Assembly: GCA_964036045.1 (NCBI GenBank)
Contig: OZ038379.1
Location: forward strand, 29,512,001-29,576,000
Length of the DNA stretch: 64,000 nt
Source of the DNA: Eutreptiella sp. 'Long Island Sound 2002'
Lineage: Eukaryota > Protista > Euglenida
Reading direction: 5' to 3'
In this document: positions 1-10,800 of the stretch, one piece after another
How the letters are laid out: every line of letters begins with the position of its first letter
How positions within the stretch are numbered: the first letter of the stretch is position 1
Program-made: the position numbers and the translations under genes
The notes under the pieces: generated by a model
Database searches by the model: none
What the model was told of the DNA's origin: nothing
Seen by the model: the letters and a program-made list of their open reading frames with translations, nothing else

Positions 1-432
1 TGCACGCTCCTCTGACTGCAGTCCATGCGTACACTACACCATGCGGTGCACTAGGCCGTGTATGGGGGCATGGGGCTTTGTGCACTCGCCCGCGGCTTTA
101 AAGGTGGGGGGCTCGAGTCGCCCATCTAGGTGCATGGCAGGGAGTACTGTACTCAGGGAGCTCATGTCCTGTTTTTCTATTTTTTTCAACCCTATAGAGC
201 CTTACTTACTGTAGCCACCGAGGAGGTGTTTTTTCAGGCTCATCACGGAGGTGGCAGTGCGCTTGAGCCACTGTTGACCATTTCCGTAGAGTCCATGGTC
301 TAACTGGCTCAGCACCACAGCCCGTGCCACGGGCACCAGTGTGTGCACACGCGCACGTGTGTGTGTGTGTGTCAGTGTGTGTGTGTGCGTGTGTGTGTAT
401 GTGTGTGTGTGTGTGTGTGAGTGAGCGAGTGA

Positions 433-493
<61 letters not shown>

Positions 494-1852
494 TGTGCTT
501 GGGTGGTTACACCCATGGCCAGCGAAGGTGAGGGCCGTGTGACCAGCTGTGCGTGCATGCGTGTTCGGCTGTTTTGCGACCGGACGCTTGGTGCAACGAC
601 TTACCCCTCCTTGATGATGGCGATGTCAGTGAGACGTCACACCAAGGTGCTCGCCATTGGAGAGGGATGACTTGGGCGAACCCGAGTGGGAGTGAGTCCC
701 GAGCACCGGTCATCTGCAATGCTGTTGTCCGTTCCTGCTGCTCTCTTGTGTATGTGTGAACGTGTGTCTGTGATTGCGACTTACACTGCTGTCAGTCGCC
801 TGCTCGTCTGAGCGCCAGCATATTTGCTCCTCTGATGAGGATGCTGGAGACTTGTACCCACAGTGCCTCCCGGTGCATTTGTATCCACATTGGTTATCTG
901 TTGTTTCTTGTTCCCTTCACTAAGTGTGTGGTCTGCTGTTGGCACATCCCTGTGAGCGCTCGGCAGTGAAATGTTTGGTGCTCAATGCTCCGCTTTTTCC
1001 ATCTTTCAGTTTCCTCTTTCTGCACCCTGTTGTATGCTGCACGTCTTCGGTACCTTTCTTCTCTCTCCCCCCCCCCCCCAATATACGGTTATGCACTGGA
1101 GTACTCTCTAGGCGAAAATGAGGTTTGCTGGCACCAACTGCTATCTGCCGCTCTGGACACCACGTGTATTGTACTGAGGTTATATCCCGGGTGTGTTGAC
1201 ACGGCTACGTGTCGACCGGGTGGGACCCCCCAGGGAGTGCCGGGGGAGTGAAAGTAAGGATTGCTGGCACCAATTGCTACCTGCCGTCAGTGTTTAATTT
1301 GTACCTTCATGGCTTTCTACTCTTCCTTAGAGCCCGGATTTGTAGACCCCTCCACAGTTCCCCTAGTGCCGGAACGTTTAGGCACACACTGGTTTTATGT
1401 GCCGCGGCGTGCGTTTAGTGCTGTTATGCACGCTCCTCTGACTGCAGTCCATGCGTACACTACACCATGCGGTGCACTAGGCCGTGTATGGGGGCATGGG
1501 GCTTTGTGCACTCGCCCGCGGCTTTAAAGGTGGGGGGCTCGAGTCGCCCATCTAGGTGCATGGCAGGGAGTACTGTACTCAGGGAGCTCATGTCCTGTTT
1601 TTCTATTTTTTTCAACCCTATAGAGCCTTACTTACTGTAGCCACCGAGGAGGTGTTTTTTCAGGCTCATCACGGAGGTGGCAGTGCGCTTGAGCCACTGT
1701 TGACCATTTCCGTAGAGTCCATGGTCTAACTGGCTCAGCACCACAGCCCGTGCCACGGGCACCAGTGTGTGCACACGCGCACGTGTGTGTGTGTGTGTCA
1801 GTGTGTGCGTGTGCGTGTGTGTGTATGTGTGTGTGTGTGTGTGAGTGAGCGA

Positions 1853-1897
<45 letters not shown>

Positions 1898-2334
1898 TGT
1901 GCTTGGGTGGTTACACCCATGGCCAGCGAAGGTGAGGGCCGTGTGACCAGCTGTGCGTGCATGCGTGTTCGGCTGTTTTGCGACCGGACGCTTGGTGCAA
2001 CGACTTACCCCTCCTTGATGATGGCGATGTCAGTGAGACGTCACACCAAGGTGCTCGCCATTGGAGAGGGATGACTTGGGCGAACCCGAGTGGGAGTGAG
2101 TCCCGAGCACCGGTCATCTGCAATGCTGTTGTCCGTTCCTGCTGCTCTCTTGTGTATGTGTGAACGTGTGTCTGTGATTGCGACTTACACTGCTGTCAGT
2201 CGCCTGCTCGTCTGAGCGCCAGCATATTTGCTCCTCTGATGAGGATGCTGGAGACTTGTACCCACGATGCCTCCCGGTGCATTTGTATCCACATTGGTTA
2301 TCTGTTGATTCTTGTTCCCTTCACTAAGTGTGTG
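1..2334. repeat. Tandem/segmental duplication: 1-930 repeated at 1427-2334, each copy containing a (TG)n-rich microsatellite
   Basis: Position 1 (tgcacgctcctctgactgcagtcc) recurs at 1427. The copies run near-identically to ...cttcactaagtgtgtg (930 / 2334) and differ mainly in microsatellite length. ORF-track peptides are duplicated (507-719 = 1911-2123; 553-759 = 1957-2163). Confidence 0.95.
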
Positions 2335-3050
2335 TGTGTGTGGGTGGGTAGGTGGGTCGGTGTGTCCATGTGTAGCAGTGTCTGTCGTTGACTGTTTTTG
2401 TGTGTGCGCGTGTGTTGGTGTGAGGTGCGGGGAGGGTGTGTGTGTATGTGTGTGTGCGTGTGTGTATGGCTTGTGCGTACATGTGGTGTGGTGCTCCTCA
2501 CATCCTCAGACAATTCCCCACACAGGCCCCCACACCCAGAAACAAAGAGACAATCATGCACCCCCCCACACACACACACCCACATACCATCAATGAAATC
2601 AAACCGCCCTGCCACCCCACCCACACCCACACACCGCCCAGCCACACATACCCACACTCACCTGCATAGTGGATGTGTTGTGGTTAGGTATGTGGGGCGG
2701 GATCATTGTGTGTGTGTGTGTGTGTGTGTGGGTGTGGGTGTGTGTGGATTGGTTTGTGCGCGTGGGTGTGTGTTTGTGTGTGGGTGTGTATAAATGACTA
2801 GTTGGGTGCGTGGTTGTGCGTGTGGGTGTGTGGGTGTTGGTGTGAGGTTTGGGACGGGTTTGTGTACACATGTGGTCAGGTGGCCCCCACATCCTCACAC
2901 ACACCAATACACAGACGCACGCCTGCACCGAGAAACAAACAGAAAGTCATACATCCACCCACATGCAAACACCACCATACACCCATACACATCCCCACAC
3001 AAACCGACACACCCCACACAAAGCCACACCCACACACATGTACACATGTT
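2330..3050. repeat. Degenerate compound microsatellite with alternating TG-rich and CA-rich blocks (two roughly 370-bp TG-then-CA units)
   Basis: TG-rich about 2330-2490, CA-rich about 2495-2665, TG-rich about 2700-2880, CA-rich about 2885-3045. Both TG-to-CA switches contain tacacatgtggt/cgtacatgtggt followed by cacatcctca. Confidence 0.85.
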
Positions 3051-3147
3051 GCCTGTGGCCAGGATGCATGCAGGGGTGCATTGGGGGGGGGGGGGTACTC
3101 CGGGTGTTAGGGCAAATGAGGGGGTGGACACGGGTGAAATTTTTTTG

Positions 3148-3243
3148 AATTCGTACGAATTTGCGTGATATTCGCACGAAATTCGTACGAATTCGCACGA
3201 AATTCGTGTGAATTTCACGCGAATTCGTACGAATTCACGCCTA
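3148..3243. repeat. Array of short self-complementary GAATTCGTAC-type units
   Basis: gaattcgtacgaatttgcgtgatattcgcacgaaattcgtacgaattcgcacgaaattcgtgtgaatttcacgcgaattcgtacgaattcacgc; includes the perfect 16-bp palindrome GAATTCGTACGAATTC. Confidence 0.85.
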
Positions 3244-3345
3244 TGAATCGGCTACAGGCTTGCCGGGTTTTGGCACTTTTCGTTTTGGGCGCCGTTTGGG
3301 CATCGTGGATGTGTTTGGGGCGGGACTTTCACTGGATGATGCGTA

Positions 3346-4302
3346 ATGAAGCCTGGGCAAGAATTTTACCCCCTCAAATCCCTCAGAAGCAACCAAAAAT
3401 ATGGCGTTTTGCTCAAAAAACCTCGAAATTTGGGTAAATTTGCGCGAATATTCACACCCCATTCAAACGGCCACTTATCCCCCGTTCACGAAGGGTACAT
3501 TGCTCGTAGCATTGCACGCCTCCGGAGTACTCTGAGCGACAGACATTATCGTCCTGAAATATCGCCCCTAGCTAACACTTTTAAAGACTCTAGGGAGTTC
3601 TCCTCAAGGAGATCTACAAGCACACCACTCAAAGATCCAAAAGATGAGCGAATAGAAGCAGGTGAGCGATGCACATCTTTGCTAGGCGATTCCGCCCCCA
3701 CAAGCACATACTCACGCAAAGATCCCAACGATTCACATAACGAGGACTGTGACTTACAAACTTCTTCAGCAGAAGGAGCGATTGTAGCCACAACCTCGTT
3801 GTTTTTGGCAATGCCGAAGGAAGTTCCTTCCAAAAGGAAGTCTCCGTCCAAGAGGCCGGGCCCCTTGGCGTTAGATGACACAATCTCATCTTTATTAACA
3901 TCATACCGGCTCAATAAGTTCGCAGCCTTGATAGGAGTATCAAGGGCAGCACGATGGTACAACGTTTTTTGGGCAACACCCAAATATTTGGGTTCATCGG
4001 CCAAACTAACCTCCGAGTTTGCAAGTTTTGTGAATACAAGACGCCTACCAATATCTTTCATTATTAAACGGGGACGTTCAAGCAATTGCCCTACCCAATT
4101 TACGGTTCCACATGTTCCGCATGAAAGCATTAAACTTTGGAAATTGCATTGTGGTGGAAAATCAAACCTTGGTTGTCCGACCCGATTGATTGTACATGAC
4201 CGCAAGGCCATTCACATAAGTTCGCATGGACAAAGGACGAATACTGCGAAGAGCCTTAGCATTGTGAGTGGTGTTGTGTGCTTTTTTGGACGTGGGAGAT
4301 GA
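3346..4302 (+). CDS. Open frame of unknown function; part of it may be 5' exon(s) of the downstream gene
   Basis: 318-codon open frame. Its peptide YRPEISPLANTFK is repeated as YRPENSPPSNTFK in the short ORF starting at 4344, with matching nucleotides (attatcgtcctgaaa at about 3546 and 4375). Candidate donors AG|GTGAGC at 3662 (phase 1) and ATT|GTGAGT at 4264. Confidence 0.3.
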   Translation: MKPGQEFYPLKSLRSNQKYGVLLKKPRNLGKFARIFTPHSNGHLSPVHEGYIARSIARLRSTLSDRHYRPEISPLANTFKDSREFSSRRSTSTPLKDPKDERIEAGERCTSLLGDSAPTSTYSRKDPNDSHNEDCDLQTSSAEGAIVATTSLFLAMPKEVPSKRKSPSKRPGPLALDDTISSLLTSYRLNKFAALIGVSRAARWYNVFWATPKYLGSSAKLTSEFASFVNTRRLPISFIIKRGRSSNCPTQFTVPHVPHESIKLWKLHCGGKSNLGCPTRLIVHDRKAIHISSHGQRTNTAKSLSIVSGVVCFFGRGR

Positions 4303-4498
4303 TTTTCCCCATCTAACAGTTTTAGCAATTTTCAGGCCGATAAATGTTAGATGGACCGCGAGATTCATCTGACGATTATCGTCCTGAAAACTCGCCTCCA
4401 TCAAACACTTTTAAACCATCGTTCCAATGCTTGGGTCGTGAGATTGAGGCAGAATACGAGATTTGTGTCTTTTCCAGTGTGGCCCATTTCTCGTTTAG

Positions 4499-4840
4499 GC
4501 TCGTGGGTGCGCAGGACCGACGACCGACTGAGGTCAGTTCTCGCTACCCAACCGAAAAAGGTCGAGCGCCCATTCGGATTGCGTGGAATGGTCCGATATT
4601 GTTCCGATTCAAAAAAGGCGCAGGTGAAGGAAATTGTCGTGCGCTATTTGCGGCAATTGAAGGAAAAGGGTGTTCTGGAGACTATTGCACTTCGAAAAGT
4701 GGCAACCAATGGAGCTTCACACGATGAGATTTTTGTGACCCTTGGGGAAAAGAGTCGGCAGTGGCAAGCTCTTCAAGAACGCGGTGGTCAAAAACGCAAC
4801 CGCAGTGATGTTCGTTGCGAAGACATGAAGCGTCGGAAAG
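4499..4840 (+). CDS. Exon, winged-helix-like repeat 1 (phase 1-1, 342 nt)
   Basis: Acceptor ctcgtttag|gc, donor aaag|gtcccg. Peptide [14 protein letters not shown]...GLRGMV...[13 protein letters not shown]...[18 protein letters not shown]. Confidence 0.7.
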
Positions 4841-7800
4841 GTCCCGTGATTTGTTGGCATGTGAGACACGTATCCAATGGGGTTCCGAAGTTTGACCGGG
4901 GTGGACCCGTCCTACTATCCCAACCCGCACCCTTTCCCACCTTCCGGTCAACACAACGCGAGCGACTGTCTTCAACGAACGCCTGTACTTGGATTCTTGT
5001 TTGCATCCACACCAACGCTATGATGCAGTACACCTCTCTAGGCCAACCGCCCTATGCGAGAGTGCACACTCTCTGAACGTTGTGCATCTCTCACTGTTCA
5101 CTAGCCCTCTTAACCCAGAGGAACTCTTTGGCGAACCCCCACATCTGCAGCAATTCTCCGTTGTCCCAGAGGCTCCATGGTCTGTGGTCATCATTAGCCC
5201 TTGCCAACGCTCCCTAGCCGGCTGCGACCCTCCACCTACCCCAACCCTCCACAACTGGACAATCCTCAACCGCCATCGCATACAGGATCCTACAATTCTT
5301 GGGCGATGGGAAGTTGGTGAGCGTGAGGGTTTTACATAGCGAAAGAAGCATTGGTGTGTGACTGTACTGCAAAGTATGCACCATACAGAACCCAAGGTTG
5401 TGTGACAAGTTACCGGTGGACATGATTGTTGCATGCCGTGCATAGGTTACGCAGATCACAAAACGTGGGAAGCACGCGCAGAAGAGAGATTTCAGCTCAT
5501 TCTGAATTGCAATACGGATAGATATGTTGGGCTGCCCACAATCCTTAAGGGCACGAAGAATGAGCACAGGCGCGAGACATGCCAAAAAGTATTTGGTTAT
5601 TTGCGGCAGCTGAAGGTGGCAGGCATTTTAGAGATGGCGGAATTGGAAGTCGTGCGTGGGCATTTTGGTCGTCCACACTCCGATGTAAAGATCAGTCGTG
5701 GGCGGAGATGGCATGAGTGGGTGCCAGGGCTCCCGGGCCCCAGGGTTCCAGAGCAAGCAGGCCGTCGTTGTAAACAAGCATGTCCTGCTGGCCCTCCCAG
5801 TGAAGATCGCAAGACAGGATGTCCGAAAAGACATGACATTTCCACTATGCTTGTCATCGGACGTGACGTCAAAGGTTTGCCCTCGTTGCCCATGGTTGCC
5901 TCAGCCATCATGTCACAACGTGCTGAGCAATATGTGGTGCGTTTTATTTCTTTTGGGGGCACTTCAGAATCCAACCATGCCAACTTTTCACCAAGTCTGG
6001 TGCTTGTGTGGTTTTCATGTCACGTCGTGACAAGTGGTGTCTCAACAGAGCTGAATACAAATTTAGTGCCAGTGAACATGGTAATAATGCTGCAGCCCCC
6101 CCCCACCACCCACCCACCCACCCTCCGGTCGTTTTGTCATACTAGGCTCCCGCCGGCCCCAAAAAATATCCACAATTCAATTGAAAGCAACTCCATGGAC
6201 CCTCTATTGACAGTTATTGACAGTATTAAAAGTCACCTGCTCTGGAATACTGAAAGATTGTTTCATTTCCGTATTTCGACCCACGAGCGGTTTGGGTTTT
6301 GTGTGTGTTAGTTATATAACCGCGGGACGAGACAAAAAATTTCGTAAATTTCCTGCACAATGGTTGAAACAATTTTTAACTCGTGCAACCACAGTTGCGT
6401 TTTCTGGATTTTCGAGATGCATTATTTAACGACGGACGTTCCGTTCTATCTCAATTTATGTCATCGTGGTAACAAGCTTGATCCAGCAGGCCCGTGGCAA
6501 TCAAAATTGCCCAACTGCTCAGGTTAGTTTTTGGTCCACCGTGTGCCGCCTGGATTGACAAATTCTGCAGGTCAGTGAAAGTGACAGTGAAGTGACAGTG
6601 ACGAAATTGACAGTGAGCGTGACAGTGACACTGACAGTGCTCATGCTATTCACGTTATCCCTTAGAACTCGTGTTCTTTCACCATAATGTCGTCAACCTG
6701 TCACCCGGAAATGGGGTGTGAAATGCAGGGAGCGGACTGAGGGTGAGGAGGTTGAGCCTGATTTGTATGCCTGCTCATCAGGGCTATGGCAATCACGAGT
6801 TGTTGAACAGCTGAAGTCGGTCCTTGGCACCTCGAAGGATGAGAAGCCTGAGCTGACGTTCGGATTGTCAAAGATCCTTCAGCGCGCGCCGAGTGACCAA
6901 CGATTGCGTGTAAAGCATCTAATCCGTGAGGTGCTGCGGCGAATGGCGAGGGATGGCGTGTTGGCAAAGGTGTCGCTGCGAAATGTAATGCACCGAGGCA
7001 GGCGCGTCAGCGAAATCTTCGTGAAACCAGGGCATAGGTGTCGTGATTGGATTCTTGCCCGCGGCAAGAGGCTCCAGAACGCAAACCGAGCCCACCGTCC
7101 TCAAGGGCACAGGCAAGGTATGCGTGTGGCAGATGGCTGCTGTTGGCCAATGCGGAAAGACTTGTAGGTAGAAGGGAAGTCCACAAGGGGACATGGGCTG
7201 TCTATCCATACGGAATCTGTCCCGAGCAACCACGTGTCCGTTTTCATCTTGATGCTGAGTGTTTTCGGCATTTTCCTTTTGAGCCCGTTTGTACACCATT
7301 TTTGCTCCACAGAGGGGGCGGGTGGCGGGCCCGGGCAGGCACCATGCGGTTCTCACGGGGGGCGTTGGGGGGCTGGGAGGCACAATGGGTCCCCGACACA
7401 GATTCTTATGCACCAATCAACACCTCCACCTGGACCACGGTATCCCTGACAGGCACCCGTCTTTCCGCCGGGGTCATGCCCAACCTCTGATCTGTGCTGT
7501 AATCCAGCCAGCCCAGAGGCCGAAGAATGTGTTGCCTGGTCGGCTGGCCTGCACGACTGTGGCGCGCACGCTTATGAACCTGACTGACACTGATATTGCC
7601 CTGCTTCTCCCTTTTCCAGAAAAGAAGATATGGGAAGACCGAACAGAGGACCATCTTTGTGTCGTGCTCAACACCAACACTGCAGAAGCAGATTCACGTC
7701 TTGGAATATGCAAATTGCTCTGCAATGGCAAGGACAGAGATCTTCAGAGGCAAAGGATTTTTCGTTACTTGCAGCAGTTGAAAACAGATGGGATCCTAGC

Positions 7801-10800
7801 AAAGGCGGCTTGGGGAACCGGTGTGCACAGAGGTGCCCAATTCCCTGAAGTATACGTCCGTGCGGGTCAGAAGTGGCGCGATTGGGTCAATTGTACGAAC
7901 AAGCAGAAGCAAATGGAGATGGCTACTCCTCTCCCTGAGAAAACCAATGGAACAGAAGTTGCACTGCCCGCCCGTTTTCTCCCAGGTGCGTTTTGACAAG
8001 GCGCACTTTGCAGTGTATTGCACTGTGTAATGCAAACTGGGGGCCATCGACCGACTACAACAGTGGATGCAGATCAAAGGAGTGGCCTCCGAGCTCTCCA
8101 ACAACCCGTTGAACTGCGTGGATTGGGCTCATTTAACGACTCCAACAGAATTGCAACGAAAGGTCATTGATTTGCGATACACAGATAAAGATGAGCCGCT
8201 GGAAATCGACTGCAAGATTAGAGATCACCCTTCCTACGACCTGCCCGCACGGATTTACTCCAATTTGGCATTACACCACAGATAGTGTAAGTCAGATTCT
8301 TCCGTTTGATTTGTCGATCATTTGTCCACCTCAAGTGCAAACAGTACCCCTGGCGGTGTCCAAAGGAAAACTGAACCCACGTAGTTGCCAGATTTTCCAG
8401 TTGCTCCCCATGAAGGATGTTGCTGTTCTCTTTTTTCCTATTTAGGGCAAAAAATTTTCAGGTGAGGGATGGCAACACACGCTCACAAGGCAAACAATCA
8501 GTATTTGGCATGTCATTTTGTGGCAACCAAGCGGAGCCGTCTGGAAATTTCCTCCTACATCATCGCACCTAGTGGTCATGCATCGCACCCGCGTTCATCC
8601 GTTACCGAGGTATCGTGCACCTTGTGGCTTTCGTTTATGGAGCCAAAGCACAGGCATGCAACCCCTGGGCACATCGTCCAGAGACTCCAACGTCCCGTGA
8701 CCAGCACCTCCACATCCGGCTCCATTTCAGTGACCAATGGCCGTCCACTTTGATCGGCATACAATTCATGAACACTCCTCTTTGACACCCCTTGTCTGGC
8801 ACTCGCCCCATCCCATCTGTTCCATACACCCCCTTATGATTCGACACATTGAACCTGGACAAGCAGCGTTTGGTGCGAGGCAACTACGCATGAGTTGTGC
8901 GGCAATGATCGAGGCGCTGGGCTCTATTTTTCTGTGTGGACTGCGAAGTTGCGATCAGTGGAGTACAGACCAAGGAGCACGTACTGTGTTGAATTGGGAA
9001 TAGTTCACCAATCACACATGTTGCATCTCAGTTGGACTTCAGCTTGCCGATTCCCAAGCCCAAGCTAAAAAGCAGGCAGGAGCAGGCATCCGCGCTCACC
9101 GCCACCGAAATCACCAACTCACTGAACCAGGATTTGGGGTCTGTAAAAATGGGGCAAATGGGGAAAACGGGGGGGAATGGGGGAAAATGGAGGAAAATGG
9201 GGGCAAATGGGGGGAAAATGGGGGGAAACGGGGAGTCATCAACAAAGCAGTATGGAAAATGCAGGGACAAATTCAAGAATGGTAGAAAAGTGGGAGAAAA
9301 ATGGGAGACAGAAGGGAGGAAGTGGGACGAAATACCCATTCTTGACAGTCCCATTTCCCCCATTTTTCTAGTGGCCGAAGATCTTCCCCTCAGTTCCCTT
9401 TGTAAAAATGAAGTCACCGAACTCACCGACGGAAGAATGGGAATTTCTGCCACTCACTGACACTCACCGCAACAGCAGCTAGTGTGGAGGCTTGCAGGAG
9501 GCTCCATACCTCGAAATGTGCAAATTTCACGGATATTCACTGCTGCTTCTCAAAACGGTCGAGTGGTTCATAATTTATCGCCTGCAAACATCCGTAAAAG
9601 CTCGAATTTTTGTTTCAGGTCCGTGATTCGTTGTGGACAAGCCCGAGTTCCCAATTATTATGTTGCATCTCCTTTGCAGATTGATTAATTGATATGGTGT
9701 GCTTTCTTTGCAGAAGTGGCATGGCGAATCACCCAAGTCTGTATTTTCGAGGGTATTTGGGCGCTTCATCACCGTTCCGTCCATCGGCTGGTAGGGCTGG
9801 CGGAGGACCTGCGCCCTCCGCCAGAGACAATGTCCATGGCGTCGTTGAAACAGGCAGCTCATGAGTATCAGGGTTGGCTGCCAATGGTCTCTGCGTTAGC
9901 ATAGGCAAATGACCTGGAAGAATTGTTGCGTATAGCGTATGTGTACAGAGTTGGATATTTTTTGAAGGTGGTATGATGTGTATTTCTCAGTAGAGACTCA
10001 GGAGTGCTCTCATGCCAACCCCCTGATGATGATGGCATCTCTCAGCGGTGCACAACCAGTAAGACAGGCGATACTAGACGATGCCCCCCCCCCCCCCCAG
10101 CAGAAGCCCCATATGTAATACATGCCTTCCCATTTTGGATAATTTGGAGCACGGTGAGCTGGCACAAGTCATGTATTCTGCCTCCGCAGAGGTGTCAGAG
10201 ATGATTCAGGAGCAGCCTGCATTCATCAGTGCTCACAAGTGATTATACCCCTGACAGCATATATATGAATCACCATACAATTTTGAGATTCCGACTGCTT
10301 CTCCAGACCTCAGATTGCAGCCAACAGTTGGTACAGAGTATCTTTGCTCTATGTTGAATGGACGAGCGCAGTCGGCAAGACAAAGAGCCAAATGGCACCA
10401 GACAAATCAGAACACCCCCGCAAGTGGAACACAAAGTTCTATAAGCACACGCAGAAGTGGATAATGATAATATTCACCCATTGTGTCATCCACATCGATT
10501 CATGACAAAAGGTTTGGTCGAATCCAAGTTGCTCGGCTAGCCTGAGTGCCAGGTGGGAGCCTCCACCCAAATGCGGCTTTCTTTGTGGCAGGAAAATTGC
10601 GACGTTCCAAACGCAGCAGTTCTGTGGACGCCCTGAAGCCTCAAGCTTCAGATTCAATGCCTGTTGGTATGTGTCTGTGCGGCGCATGTGCATGTGTGAG
10701 TGTGTGGTGTGCATCGCCAGGGAATATCTCAGTGCAAGACAGGTTTGTGCCAGAAAGCTGTCCCTGCAGATGGGCGTGCATATGCTTGCACATATTAAAA

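Noticed and set aside
202-3168. ORFs rich in HTHT/CVCV
   Set aside because: Translations of (TG)n/(CA)n microsatellites; the same applies to 53699-54717.
3546-4211. Minus-strand ORF as a Mutator-type transposase N-terminus
   Set aside because: Only a vague resemblance, no catalytic motifs or TIRs; the repeated peptide motif favours the + strand.
4499-7985. Z-alpha (Z-DNA binding) identity for the wHTH repeats, tempting given the TG tracts
   Set aside because: Aligning on L-x3-G-x-L puts non-conserved residues at the Z-alpha Asn and Tyr positions, and the PPxW wing is absent.
4351-7996. Four separate single-exon genes or an endogenous viral gene block
   Set aside because: Conservation is confined between phase-1 acceptor/donor pairs and the ORFs outside them are not conserved; no viral hallmark genes seen.
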